IMG/VR virus record: IMGVR_UViG_3300045988_097215
Location: 1-38,204 of that record
DNA length: 38,204 bases
Direction: 5' to 3' (one strand)
Origin: a virus
Shown: piece after piece, positions 21,817-31,396 of the stretch
Numbering within the stretch: position 1 is the first letter of the stretch
Layout of the letters: each line of letters starts with the position of its first letter
Translations under genes and position numbers: made by a program
The notes under the pieces: generated by a model
What the model was told of the DNA's origin: nothing
What the model saw: the letters and a program-made list of their open reading frames with translations, nothing else
Databases searched by the model: none

Positions 21817-23562
21817 TTACGCCGGCCCGATGGCCAGCCAGTTTATGACCGTTGTCGTCAAATTGTCGCTCCGGGCCAGCTGCACCGTGATCCCGGTATT
21901 CGTCCGGCCGGTCACGCCCAGGCTCACGTTCTGCGGTACGCTGGTGACCGGAGTTAAAAAGACGTTCGGCAGCGCGGTGTAGGCCTCGCCGAAGGTCACC
22001 GTTCCCGCCGTGGGGGTATTGACCGCGGAGGGCGTGATCTCCAGCTTGCCCCACTGGATGAGGGGCCCGCCGGGGAACTGCCACCGCCCGGTCTGGGTCC
22101 CCATGGAGGACGTATACCCGGCGATCTTTGGCCCGAAGTCCACGCCGGCCTGGTCCGCTGTCTTGAAGAACGCCACGCCGGTACCGTCAGCCTTGAAGTC
22201 CATTATCACCGCGCCGCTGGGCAGCGTTGTGGTATAGCTCCGGGAGGTGCCGAACCAGTCTTTCAGGGTCAGCCGCACGTCGTACTGATAGTCGATACTA
22301 AACGTCGGAGCCGCCGGCTTGTATGTGGTGTTACCGCTGAGGGCCGTGAGCGTGGTCAGCGTCGTCCAGCTGGTGTCCACGGACCGCTTATACTCGATCT
22401 TGGCCTCGGCCGTGTTTTTGCTGCCCAGGGAGGTCACGCTGTACTTATAGACCAGGGACAGGTAGGTGCCCTCCTCGTCGGCCGCGCCTGCGGCGTTTAC
22501 CCGGCGGGCCAGCAGCGCCTGGATCTGCGGGGTGGTGTAGGCTTGCACCGTGATGGACATGGTCCGCGCGGCGCTCCAGCGGCCCCGGCTGTCCTTGACC
22601 TTGGTCGTCAGGATCACCGTGCCCTTGCCTGTCAGTACCCCGGTGGTGAAGGAGCTGCCGGTGTAGGTTTTGCCCTCCACCGTGGTCTGGTAGGCCTTGA
22701 TGGTGCTGCCCTTTATGCCCGTGGCCGCCACGCTCACGGCCAGCTTGCTCTTGCCTTGGACGTAGGCCCCGAACCGGGCTGCCAGGCCTGCGGTGGCCTC
22801 GGCTATGGCCAGAGTGGGCAGGGGAGGGATAAGAGCCGCCGGGACCTTGACCGTCAGCCGCACGGTCTTGGTGCCCACCGTCTTGGTGCCGGACTTGGTC
22901 GCGCAGGTGATGAGCGCGGTCGCCTGGGTGTCATTGGGCAGATAGCTGGCCAGGTCGGGTACCGTCCAGGTGTAGGACGTGCCCACGTTGCTGGCTATGC
23001 TGCCGCTGGTCAGCAGCTCCACCCCGCCGGACCCGGTGATATCGCCCTTGATGAGCTCATAGGTCAGGGTATGGGTCAGGGAGGACGCCGCCCGGGGCGT
23101 GGAGATTTTCACCTCGGCCCCCATGTTGGCGCTGCTGACAGACAGCGACGGCTGCGTCGCGCGCGGTATGTCGTTTAGGTTGACGGTCGCGCTGGCCGTG
23201 ATGGTGCCGCGGTAGGCGCCGGAGATCGTCGCCCGCAGCTGGAAGGTGGCGGAGATTGTGACGCTCTTGGACCCGTCCGCATTGTGGGCGATATTGCCGG
23301 ACGTAACGGTGGCCAGCTTGGTGGTCTTGCCGCCGTTGTTGTTGATAGCAGGAGAGGTCCAGGCGATATCCACGCCGTTGATGGTGGTCTTGTTATCGGA
23401 CCGGCTGGCGATATTCAGCCCCCAGCTGCTGGCCTGCACCAGGTACATGGCCGCGGTGATCTTGGAGGTGTTGGCCCCGATATTCTGGGTGGCGGTCCAC
23501 TCGACCCGCAGCTTGTAATTGCCGTTTAGGATGGACCCGGTAAATGCACCGCTGAGTGCCAT
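21817..23562 (-). CDS. Siphovirus DUF859-type tail/baseplate protein with gp53-like C-terminal domain
   Basis: ATG 23562 lies 9 nt after AAGGTGG and gives the MALSGAFTGS... DUF859-type N-terminus. The C-terminus is GRWQFPGGPLIQWG...INWLAIGPA. Confidence 0.7.
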   Translation of the reverse strand: MALSGAFTGSILNGNYKLRVEWTATQNIGANTSKITAAMYLVQASSWGLNIASRSDNKTTINGVDIAWTSPAINNNGGKTTKLATVTSGNIAHNADGSKSVTISATFQLRATISGAYRGTITASATVNLNDIPRATQPSLSVSSANMGAEVKISTPRAASSLTHTLTYELIKGDITGSGGVELLTSGSIASNVGTSYTWTVPDLASYLPNDTQATALITCATKSGTKTVGTKTVRLTVKVPAALIPPLPTLAIAEATAGLAARFGAYVQGKSKLAVSVAATGIKGSTIKAYQTTVEGKTYTGSSFTTGVLTGKGTVILTTKVKDSRGRWSAARTMSITVQAYTTPQIQALLARRVNAAGAADEEGTYLSLVYKYSVTSLGSKNTAEAKIEYKRSVDTSWTTLTTLTALSGNTTYKPAAPTFSIDYQYDVRLTLKDWFGTSRSYTTTLPSGAVIMDFKADGTGVAFFKTADQAGVDFGPKIAGYTSSMGTQTGRWQFPGGPLIQWGKLEITPSAVNTPTAGTVTFGEAYTALPNVFLTPVTSVPQNVSLGVTGRTNTGITVQLARSDNLTTTVINWLAIGPA

Positions 23563-23563
23563 T

Positions 23564-25165
23564 TTAATCACCCACCTTTACAAGAGATAGATTGCCGTTG
23601 GCGCGGGGCACAAAGGCGAAGGCCCCGATCTGCAAAGACTGGAGGAACTTGCCGTCCGTTACCACCAGCCGCTTATTGGACAGATAGGCCACCTCGGCGC
23701 CGTCGTCAAGAAAAGAAATACGGTCCGGCTGCTGCACCAGCTCCAGCTCGCTGCCTTCCTCGCCCAGGTAGATATGGCCGTCGATAAACCGGATATAACT
23801 TGATATCCGGGTGAACTGCTCCCGGGCGTCGGCGTCGTTGGCGTCGACAAAGGATTGCAAGGTATCAAACTGGAAGGTAAAGCTGTCCGCCAGCTGAGAA
23901 AACCGGGTGGCCACCAGGCTCTCCAGGTTGGTCTCGGTGGCGTAAGTCTCGGAGACCTCCAGCCGGATCTCGTCCGCAAATTGCTGGATGAGAGACGTCA
24001 GGGTCAGCCGCGCCTCCTCGATCATGGCGGCGGCGTCCGTGGTGTAGTCAGCGCGGATATTACGGGTCACCTGCTGGAGGTCCGTCGTGCCCCGACGGTC
24101 GCCGGCCGCGTCCGCCCCGGTCAGGGTGGCTATAGACTTGCCCAGGGTCACCTTGCCGTTGGCAGGGTTTAGCAGGTCATAGGTCCGCTCCTCCAGCCTG
24201 AAAAGATCGTCCACCCCGTGGGGCTTGGACCGTACCCGGACGTAGTCGCCCACCGTGAAGGTGTCGATATCCTTGTCCATATCGTGGAGGTCCACGGCGG
24301 ACAGCTCCAGGGACGTGATTATATTTTTACTGTTGGCCAGGTACTGCTGCGCTTTCCGCAGCAGGTTCTCGGGCAGGGTTACGTCGTCCCAGTATACCGG
24401 CCGGGCCACGACGCCCCGCAGCGCCACGGCGTCAAGATCTTGGATAAAATCGCTGCCGTCGTTGACGCTCTCAATGGTGACGCGCTGGCCGGTTTCCTCG
24501 TTCTTGGCCCCGTAAGGGATAATGACAGTCGCCAGGTCCGTGTTTTCTGACGTTCGGGCGAAGTCCAGCAGGTTCTCGCCGAACTCGATCACCTGGCCAC
24601 TCTGATAGCCTGGATCCTCCAGCCAGTTGATCACACGGTCGCCGGCGGCGTTGGTGGTAAATACGATATATCCGCCGCAGCGCTCCACCAGTTTGTCGAT
24701 GGTATCGGAGACCTGCTCCGCGGATTCATGCTCTATGCGCACGTAGTTGTTGGCGTCGGTCACAGTGATGGTGCCGACCGTGAACTGTTTGAAGGGCTCC
24801 ACCTGGGCGTTATACAGCCCGATAACATGGGTAAAAATGGCGTCCGGTGCGTCCTGGTAAACGTATGGACGCATGACTGCGTCCCGGAGAAAACCGCGCT
24901 CGCCCTCGCAGGTGATCGTCCGCCGGTTGTAAAAATCGTCGGACGGGTACAGAGCCCGCCCGCGGAAGATCAGCTCGGCGTCCCGGTATATTGTGACCAC
25001 CGTCCGGTAGGAGACAAACCGGTTATAGGCCGGGTGCCCCGCCGGCATTTTTATGGACGCCGTGCCGCTGATGCTGGTGCCGGTCTGGGCCGTCAGCTCC
25101 AGCAGGCCGTAGTCCTCCAGCCGGCTATCATAGACCAGGGTCTCGTCCGCGTATACTTGTATCAT
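23564..25165 (-). CDS. Tail-associated protein (Tal / prophage tail endopeptidase-like)
   Basis: 533 aa, positioned after Dit. AGGAGG SD and ATGA coupling. Confidence 0.7.
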   Translation of the reverse strand: MIQVYADETLVYDSRLEDYGLLELTAQTGTSISGTASIKMPAGHPAYNRFVSYRTVVTIYRDAELIFRGRALYPSDDFYNRRTITCEGERGFLRDAVMRPYVYQDAPDAIFTHVIGLYNAQVEPFKQFTVGTITVTDANNYVRIEHESAEQVSDTIDKLVERCGGYIVFTTNAAGDRVINWLEDPGYQSGQVIEFGENLLDFARTSENTDLATVIIPYGAKNEETGQRVTIESVNDGSDFIQDLDAVALRGVVARPVYWDDVTLPENLLRKAQQYLANSKNIITSLELSAVDLHDMDKDIDTFTVGDYVRVRSKPHGVDDLFRLEERTYDLLNPANGKVTLGKSIATLTGADAAGDRRGTTDLQQVTRNIRADYTTDAAAMIEEARLTLTSLIQQFADEIRLEVSETYATETNLESLVATRFSQLADSFTFQFDTLQSFVDANDADAREQFTRISSYIRFIDGHIYLGEEGSELELVQQPDRISFLDDGAEVAYLSNKRLVVTDGKFLQSLQIGAFAFVPRANGNLSLVKVGD

Positions 25166-25830
25166 AGGACCGCCTCCTGGTAGGTAAATTGCAGCGTGCC
25201 GGTGCCGCTATAGGAGATAACCGCGCCGCCCTGGTTGAGCACCAGGTCCGGCAGCTGGTAGGCTCCAGCGGTCAGCACCCAGGACGCCGTCCCCACTTTC
25301 AGGGTGACGGAGGCGCTCTCTCCCTCGATCAGGAGCTTGGGGACCACCGTCCGGCGGCCGTCGTTGCTCAGCAGCGCCTCTTGCTCGGTGGCGCCGGCGG
25401 TCAGCTTGACAGCGGTCTCGTAGGCATTGTACCGCCAGGGGTCGCAGACCGCCGTCACGGTCACCCGGGCGTGGGCCAGGTCGTTGTAGTCCTTGGCGAC
25501 GTGGACGCGGCCGGTCAGGTAGTGGTCCGGATCGTCCGGCAGCACGATGTTCAGCCGCCAGCCGTCCAGCCAGTTGACCATGGTATTTATAAGGGTCTCC
25601 CGGTGGAGCCGGTCACCCTCGGAGCACTCGAAGGTGGCGGTCAGGGTACGGTTGCCGTACCTGGGCACGCCGTCCGTCAGCGCCGTGGAGAGGTCCAGGT
25701 CGCCGTCGCGGCCTGGAACCTCCACATAATTGGCCCGGATTGATACCGGGTCCAGCGTCCACCCCGTAAGCGTCCAGGGGCCCTGGAGGGCGGTGTCGTA
25801 GGTGCCGTATATGATCTTGCGCTTGTCCAT
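25162..25830 (-). CDS. Distal tail protein (Dit)
   Basis: 222 aa, immediately after the tape measure gene (TAATG overlap), the canonical position. Confidence 0.7.
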   Translation of the reverse strand: MDKRKIIYGTYDTALQGPWTLTGWTLDPVSIRANYVEVPGRDGDLDLSTALTDGVPRYGNRTLTATFECSEGDRLHRETLINTMVNWLDGWRLNIVLPDDPDHYLTGRVHVAKDYNDLAHARVTVTAVCDPWRYNAYETAVKLTAGATEQEALLSNDGRRTVVPKLLIEGESASVTLKVGTASWVLTAGAYQLPDLVLNQGGAVISYSGTGTLQFTYQEAVL

Positions 25831-28736
25831 TACATTGCCCCCCTTGCAGCCAAAGCCCGGCGCTGGCCCAGCCGGCTGTCGTATTTATCGACGGTCGCGC
25901 CCACCAGGGCGTCACCGTCCAGCATGAGCACCTGCCCGCGCTCGATGGCGGCCAGGATCTTGTCCAGCTTTGCCCCCAGGCCGCCCTCAGTGCCCGCTCC
26001 TGCCGTTCCAGCGGCGGGGGCGGTAGATAGTTGCCTGCTTAGGGAAAGGCCGTTAATTTCGCCCGCTGCGGCGTCCAGGACGCCACCGGAGACGCGGGCC
26101 ATAGCCTTGATGGGGCTGTCCATGTTTTTCAGGACGCCACCGGCCAGACCCTCGTCCAGCATTTTGCCTATCCAGGCGGTCTCCTTAGAGGGAGAGTGCA
26201 CGCCGAAAAAGCTCTTAATGCTGCCCAGCACGGAATCGGCGAAGCCGCTTATCTTGCTCTTTAGCCAGCTGATTTTGTCGTTTATGCCGTTCCAAAGGCC
26301 GGAGACCAGATCCGCGCCGATGCTCAGCACCTTACCGGGGAGCTCTTTGAGGGTGGTCGTCACGCTGGTGACCACATTGCTCATGCCCGCCTTGGCCTTG
26401 TTGACCATGTTGGTGCCCCAGGTGCCCACCCTATCGACGGCGGAGGAGATAGCGCTCGCGACCTTGCTGGGGAGCTCTTTCAGCTTGTTGCCGACAGTGC
26501 TCAAAAAGTTGGAGGCGGCGGTCCTGGCATTGCTCACCAGGTTAGCGGCCCAGTTTATGACCTTGGCGATTATGTCCCCCAGCCATTGGCCGAAGTCCCT
26601 ATCCAGATTGCGCAGTGCGTTGACCACGGTGGTGAGCACGTTGCTCATACCCTCGCCGATGCTGCCCAGCAGCTCGCCCAGGAACCGGAAAACCGCCTCC
26701 AGTATGGACGGCAGCGCCTTAACCAGGGCGACGACGATCTGCGGGATGGCCTGCACAATGGCCATAAATACCTGCACGGACGCGGACAGGAGCAGCGGAA
26801 TATTGGACAGCAGCCCGTCGGTCACCGCGTTGATGATCGTGGGCAGCTCGGCCAGCAGCTGCGGGATGATCAGCGGGATGGCCTGCACAATGGCCAATAA
26901 AAAGGCAAGCGCGCCCTCAATCAGCTGCGGAATGGCGGTTACAAGGGCCTGCACCACGGCCATAACGATCTGAGGGATGGCCGCCACCAGGGGCGGGATT
27001 ATCTGCGGGATGGCTTGCACGATGGCCAGGAGCAGCTGCACCGCGCCGTTGATGATCTGCGGGATACCATTCACCAGCGCCTGGACCAGCTGCGGGATCA
27101 TAGCGGCAATGGCCGCATAAATCTGCGGGATGGCAGAGGTCAACCCGTCCAGGATGGTGGTTATAAGCTGCACGCCCGTGGTGACCAGCTGCGGGAGCAT
27201 GGATATAATCGTCGTCACCAGTGTGGTGATCAGGGAGATACCTACCTGGACCAGAGTGGGGGCCAGCTCTGTCACTTTGGACAGCAGGGTGGTGATTATA
27301 TCGCTAAAGGCCGCGCCCACGGCGTCGGCCCCGCCCTCACCGCTCAGGAGCTCCCGGAAGGCGCCGGCCAGGGCCTGCACGCCGGGGACCATATCGGAGA
27401 CCAGCGCGGCGCCCATGAGCTTGACGTCCGTCAGGATAGGCTCGATGGCACCGCCCACGCCCGCCAGGGACGCGGTCCAGGCCTCGTTGGCCTCATTGGC
27501 CCGGATAACTTCGGCGTTGGTCTCCTTATAGGCGGCCGCGGCGTCTTTGTACAGGCCGGACAGGGTCTCCGTGATAAGGGCCTGCCGCTCCTGCTCGGTA
27601 GTGCAGGCCGCCAGGCTCTCGTTGAAGGCGTCCTCGGAGACGCCTGCCCAGTTGAGCGCGTCAGCCAGCGGGCCGGTCACCTGGCCCACCTTGGCGGTCT
27701 CATTGGCCGCCTCGGTCAGTCCCTCGATGGGGAGGGAATCGCCGAAGGTGGCGAAAACGCCGGGGAGGATGTCGCCCGTCCAGGCGGCCAGGTCCTTCTC
27801 GTTTTCCGTCAGCTTGGCCAGGTGGTTAGCCGTCTCCACGGCCTGGTCGCTATCCCCTAGGACGCCTTGCAGCTCCTTATAGGCTGCGGTCGCCTGCTCA
27901 GTGGTGTAGCCGTTGTCGGTGAAGGCTACGTCCAGCTTGCCCATGGCCGTGCGGTACTCGCGGGTGGATTCGGCCGCGGCCACAAGGCCGGTAACTGCGG
28001 CGACTGCTGCGGCGGCTACGGCAGCGAAGCCGGCTTTGGCCACGCTCGCCAGGGACGCGCCCATGCTGCCGGTGTTTTTCTCGACGTCCTTGGACGTATC
28101 TGCCACGTCCTTTAGGGTGTCGTCGTACTCGTCCGCAGACTTCTCCGCGGTGGATAGGTCTTTTTTATTTTTGCTCAGGCTCCCGGACAGGGTTTTTATC
28201 TCCTTGGCCAGGGCCTTGGCCTCTTTGCTGTTTTTTCCCTGAGAGGCTGCGACGTCGGCGTATTTTTGTTTCAGCGCGCTCAGCTTGGTCTCCTGGTCGC
28301 TTATGGTGTCCCGGAGGCTCTTGCTGTCTTTGGAGGCGCTTTTAGATTTATCGCCGATGTCCTGCACCGCCTTGGCGGTCTGTTTGGCCGCACCCTCGTA
28401 CTGCTTGAGCTTTTGCTCAGTGGCGGCGATCTCCCGGCCCAGTTCGCGGACCTGCTCCTCGGAGACCTCGCCCCGCTTGAACTGCTCCTGGACCTGCTTT
28501 TCGGCCTGTTTCAGGGTGTCCAGCTTCTCCCGGGTGTTGGCTATCGCCTCAGAGAGGATCTGCTGCTTCTGGGCCAGCAGGTCAGCGTTGCCGGGGTCAA
28601 ATTTGAGCAGCTTGTTGACCTGGCCCAGCTCCTTGGACAGGCTGCTGGATTTTTTGTTTACATTCTCCAGCGCCTTGTCCAGTTTTGTGGTGTCGCCGCC
28701 TATCTCGACGGTCAAACCTTTCAGCTTACCGGCCAT
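25830..28736 (-). CDS. Tape measure protein
   Basis: 968 aa. N-terminal coiled coil and a central hydrophobic AIPQI-type repeat region. Sits after the G/GT chaperones. Confidence 0.92.
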   Translation of the reverse strand: MAGKLKGLTVEIGGDTTKLDKALENVNKKSSSLSKELGQVNKLLKFDPGNADLLAQKQQILSEAIANTREKLDTLKQAEKQVQEQFKRGEVSEEQVRELGREIAATEQKLKQYEGAAKQTAKAVQDIGDKSKSASKDSKSLRDTISDQETKLSALKQKYADVAASQGKNSKEAKALAKEIKTLSGSLSKNKKDLSTAEKSADEYDDTLKDVADTSKDVEKNTGSMGASLASVAKAGFAAVAAAAVAAVTGLVAAAESTREYRTAMGKLDVAFTDNGYTTEQATAAYKELQGVLGDSDQAVETANHLAKLTENEKDLAAWTGDILPGVFATFGDSLPIEGLTEAANETAKVGQVTGPLADALNWAGVSEDAFNESLAACTTEQERQALITETLSGLYKDAAAAYKETNAEVIRANEANEAWTASLAGVGGAIEPILTDVKLMGAALVSDMVPGVQALAGAFRELLSGEGGADAVGAAFSDIITTLLSKVTELAPTLVQVGISLITTLVTTIISMLPQLVTTGVQLITTILDGLTSAIPQIYAAIAAMIPQLVQALVNGIPQIINGAVQLLLAIVQAIPQIIPPLVAAIPQIVMAVVQALVTAIPQLIEGALAFLLAIVQAIPLIIPQLLAELPTIINAVTDGLLSNIPLLLSASVQVFMAIVQAIPQIVVALVKALPSILEAVFRFLGELLGSIGEGMSNVLTTVVNALRNLDRDFGQWLGDIIAKVINWAANLVSNARTAASNFLSTVGNKLKELPSKVASAISSAVDRVGTWGTNMVNKAKAGMSNVVTSVTTTLKELPGKVLSIGADLVSGLWNGINDKISWLKSKISGFADSVLGSIKSFFGVHSPSKETAWIGKMLDEGLAGGVLKNMDSPIKAMARVSGGVLDAAAGEINGLSLSRQLSTAPAAGTAGAGTEGGLGAKLDKILAAIERGQVLMLDGDALVGATVDKYDSRLGQRRALAARGAM
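26741..27134. repeat. Internal ~132-bp (44-aa) tandem repeats in the tape measure gene
   Basis: GCGGGATGGCCTGCACAATGGCCA occurs exactly at 26741 and 26873, with 2 mismatches at 27005, and as a partial copy at 27125. Confidence 0.8.
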
Positions 28737-29365
28737 TTATTTTCCCTCCTCTCGGCCAAATTTCTCCCGGAGCTTGGCCCTGTCGGGCTTGGTCTGCTCC
28801 ATCCTCCAGGCATTATCCAGATACTCCTGCCCGGCCTCGGTGCGGCTGAGCATATGGATATAGGCGTCCCGACGCCAGACCAGATACTGGATATAATCCA
28901 GCTCCCGCACGGCGGGGAGGCTTATGCCTGCGTACTCCGCCACCAGGTGCTGCCACCAGGAGGTGGTTGTATAGTCATGGTGCCCCGCACTACCCTCCGT
29001 GTATGGGTAGTACGGGATCCTCAGTTTTTTGCGTTGGTGACCTCAGAGATAAAATCCATATAGGCGTTGAAAAAGATGATCAGGGCCGCCAGATCCAGCC
29101 GGTACTTGGTGCGCAGGTCCTCCCCGGTCACGCGGAGAAAACTGCGGTTGCAGCTGATTAGCTTGGCCGCCAGGTCGTAAATGGCGGAGATAGCCGCCTT
29201 GTCACCGGTGGAGAGCACGGGTTCCAGCTCCGGCAGCGTGGCCTGGAGCTCCTCGATCAGCCCCTCGCTGGGGGTGCTGACCTTGATCTCGGTGCGGTCG
29301 TCGTCCATCATGACCAGCGACAGCACCGGGCGGTTAACAGTGTTAAAATTTAGTGTTTCAGCCAT
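28737..29365 (-). CDS. Tail assembly chaperone GT fusion, made by -1 programmed frameshift at 29024-29030
   Basis: The -1 frame is open from the slippery site through the track's 68-aa ORF to TAA 28737. Predicted fusion is about 209 aa. Confidence 0.75.
28984..29030 (-). promoter_or_regulatory. -1 frameshift signal: slippery heptamer plus stem-loop
   Basis: A_AAA_AAC (plus 29024-29030) lies in the zero frame GCA AAA AAC TGA. A 7-nt spacer is followed by a 12-bp stem (29005-29016 / 28984-28995, one G-U) with a 9-nt loop. Confidence 0.75.
29021..29365 (-). CDS. Tail assembly chaperone G
   Basis: 114 aa, located between the major tail and tape measure genes. AGGAGG SD. Confidence 0.8.
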   Translation of the reverse strand: MAETLNFNTVNRPVLSLVMMDDDRTEIKVSTPSEGLIEELQATLPELEPVLSTGDKAAISAIYDLAAKLISCNRSFLRVTGEDLRTKYRLDLAALIIFFNAYMDFISEVTNAKN

Positions 29366-29376
29366 GGCGTCCTCCT

Positions 29377-29412
29377 AAAAAAATGCAGCGGGGCCGTGGT
29401 AGGCTCCGCTGC
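29377..29412 (-). terminator. Intra-operon terminator/attenuator after the major tail gene
   Basis: Minus strand reads GCAGCGG...CCGCTGC (7-bp stem, 14-nt loop) followed by A and seven U. Confidence 0.55.
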
Positions 29413-29428
29413 GTAGTGAAGTATTGGG

Positions 29429-29974
29429 TTAGGCGGTGGGAATTTCCTCGATCAGCTGCACCAGGGTCCCGTCGTCGTCCTGGGGCATAGCCTTAAATTC
29501 AGGCTCCAGCACCGTGCCCTCCTCCTTGTTGAAGGTGATGGTGATGCCGGCGGTGTTTTTGCCCTTGATAAGGATCCAGAGATTGCCGTCGGTGGCGTCC
29601 TCGTGCTTGAAGCCGATAGCATAGTACCCGCCCTGGGCGTTGCCGGCGCCGCCGATCTTGACGGTGCGCTTGCCGCTTGCCTCGGTGACATTGCAGCGGT
29701 CAATCAGGCTTTTCAGGGTGGTGCCGTTCCAGGTCAGCAGGCCGGCCTTGAGCAGGACCTCCTCGCTGGTGGTGATGATCTTGGAGACATAGCCCAGGTC
29801 GTCCTTCTCCTCGTAGGTCTCCTGGGTGTACTCCAGAGACGCGCCGCCCTTGATATAGCCCAGCAGGTTAGCGTCCACGCAGAGCGTAGCCTCCGTGGGC
29901 ATACTCTCGCTAAAGGCTTGCAGGTAGATCTTCCCGGAGCCCAGGGTGATAACGTTTTTGTCGCGTTTGGCCAT
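29429..29974 (-). CDS. Major tail protein
   Basis: 181 aa, upstream of the chaperones. AAGGAGGGG SD. Followed by an attenuator hairpin. Confidence 0.8.
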   Translation of the reverse strand: MAKRDKNVITLGSGKIYLQAFSESMPTEATLCVDANLLGYIKGGASLEYTQETYEEKDDLGYVSKIITTSEEVLLKAGLLTWNGTTLKSLIDRCNVTEASGKRTVKIGGAGNAQGGYYAIGFKHEDATDGNLWILIKGKNTAGITITFNKEEGTVLEPEFKAMPQDDDGTLVQLIEEIPTA

Positions 29975-29977
29975 TTG

Positions 29978-30298
29978 TTAGCCCCTCCTTTTCTCGTAGT
30001 AGGTAAATTCGTATACGATTTGGTAAAGCTGTTCGCTGTCCAGCCAGTACCGGTCCTGTTTTGTCCAGAGCAGCCCCGCAGCGGTGATAGCCTCCTCAAT
30101 GGCGGCCTCCGTCTTGTCGTCCGGCAGGGGCTCGTATAGCTCCACAGTGACGTCGTGGGTCACCACAAGCGCCTCAGCGCCGTCGGAGCCGTCGGTGCTC
30201 TTATCGTCCGTATAGACGGCATAGGTGCCCTTGGGAGGGCGGGGGAAGCGGCCACGGCGGTACTGCACGCCGGCGGCGGTCAAAATTGTGTCAACCAT
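29978..30298 (-). CDS. Tail terminator / tail completion-like protein
   Basis: 106 aa. The call rests on position, directly before the major tail gene. Confidence 0.55.
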   Translation of the reverse strand: MVDTILTAAGVQYRRGRFPRPPKGTYAVYTDDKSTDGSDGAEALVVTHDVTVELYEPLPDDKTEAAIEEAITAAGLLWTKQDRYWLDSEQLYQIVYEFTYYEKRRG

Positions 30299-30683
30299 GC
30301 TCGATGATCCTCCTCACGCCGGCCTCGAACTCCTTCTCGGCCTCGGCCAGCAGCGACGCCAGGGGCAGCTTGCTCCCCACACGTCCGCCGTCGCGGGTGG
30401 CGTGCCCATGCACCAGAAGGTGGACCAGCCGGTGCTCCGGCGCTTTAGCGCCCCAGACATAGGACGGGGACCGGACGCCGCCGCTGCCCTTGACGTAGGT
30501 GATAGCTCGCTTGAATTTGCCGCGGTGGCCCACTGGGGCCGCGGCCTTGGTGTCGGAGACCAGTTTTTTTATGGCCTTCCCGGCCTCCTTGTCCACGCCG
30601 TCCCGGATGCTGTCACCGTACACACCCAGCTCCTCCTGAATAGCCGCGCTCAGCTGCTCCGGGGATATGATCGTGCTACTCAT
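30291..30683 (-). CDS. HK97 gp10-family tail component
   Basis: The VGHRGKFKRAI...WGAKAPEHRLVHLLVHGH pattern. I prefer the start at ATG 30683 (MSSTII...) over GTG 30692. Confidence 0.7.
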   Translation of the reverse strand: MSSTIISPEQLSAAIQEELGVYGDSIRDGVDKEAGKAIKKLVSDTKAAAPVGHRGKFKRAITYVKGSGGVRSPSYVWGAKAPEHRLVHLLVHGHATRDGGRVGSKLPLASLLAEAEKEFEAGVRRIIEHG

Positions 30684-30981
30684 AGGCCTCACCTACCAGG
30701 GTGACGGTCAGGTGCTGCTCCATGTAGTCGTCATAGTCTACAAGGTTAAAAGCGTGGCCGCGGTACAGGATACGGTGGGTCTGGGGCGCATAGGCCACGG
30801 CCTCCAGCGCCTTACACCACCGGAGGACAAAAGTCAAGCGGGGGTGGTACTGCCCCGCTCCGGCGTTGTAGCTCTCCCCGCCGCCGGTCTTGTTGACCTG
30901 TAGCGCGTGGAGATGCAGCAGGTCGCTCCACTCCTCCGTGGTGCTGTCCTGCTGCTGGATGGTTATGGGGTAGTAGCTCAT
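30676..30981 (-). CDS. Head closure / head-tail adaptor protein (SPP1 gp16-like)
   Basis: Starts MSYYPITIQQQ... at ATG 30981 (ATGA overlap). The longer track form has an implausible Gly/Ala-rich leader. Confidence 0.7.
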   Translation of the reverse strand: MSYYPITIQQQDSTTEEWSDLLHLHALQVNKTGGGESYNAGAGQYHPRLTFVLRWCKALEAVAYAPQTHRILYRGHAFNLVDYDDYMEQHLTVTLVGEAYE

Positions 30982-31292
30982 GCGCCCGCCTCCTTGGCCC
31001 TGGCCTGAATAAGCTCCAGGCGCAGCTGCCACTCCATATCCTGCACCAGGCGCCGGGTGGCCCCGGATACCTTAGCGGAGAGCCCCCGCTGACTGTACAG
31101 GTCGTCCGTGTAGATGAGCACCAGCTCCTTTACCCGGCTGTCGTCGGCCATGTAGGTCTCCACGTCCTCACCCACCGCGCCCCGCAGGACCGCGTGGGCG
31201 GTAGTCAGGGCTCGGGTAGCATTGGCCGACACCACGGCGTCGGGATAGTCTTGGCCCAGATAGGTCAGGGCCTCGTCAAGTGTTACTACCAT
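30978..31292 (-). CDS. Head-tail connector (gp6-like)
   Basis: ATG 31292 lies 7 nt after AAGGGGG. The MVVTLDEALTYLG... N-terminus is typical of the family. Confidence 0.7.
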   Translation of the reverse strand: MVVTLDEALTYLGQDYPDAVVSANATRALTTAHAVLRGAVGEDVETYMADDSRVKELVLIYTDDLYSQRGLSAKVSGATRRLVQDMEWQLRLELIQARAKEAGA

Positions 31293-31318
31293 GCTGCGAC
31301 CCCCTTTCAAAGTAATGC

Positions 31319-31379
31319 CCCCGCAGGGTAGCGCCTGCGGGGCTTGTAAGTTATTCGGTTACCTCCAGATTTAATCTGG
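31319..31379 (-). other. Two stem-loops after the decoration-like gene
   Basis: CCCCGCAGG-GTAGCG-CCTGCGGGG (31319-31342, 9-bp GC stem) and CCAGAT-TTA-ATCTGG (31365-31379). Neither has a clear U-run. Confidence 0.5.
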
Positions 31380-31396
31380 TTGGCGGTAATTAAACA

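Noticed and set aside
28737-28943. 68-aa ORF as an independent gene
   Set aside because: Its frame is open upstream all the way to the A_AAA_AAC slippery site, and it has no SD. It is the T part of the GT frameshift product.
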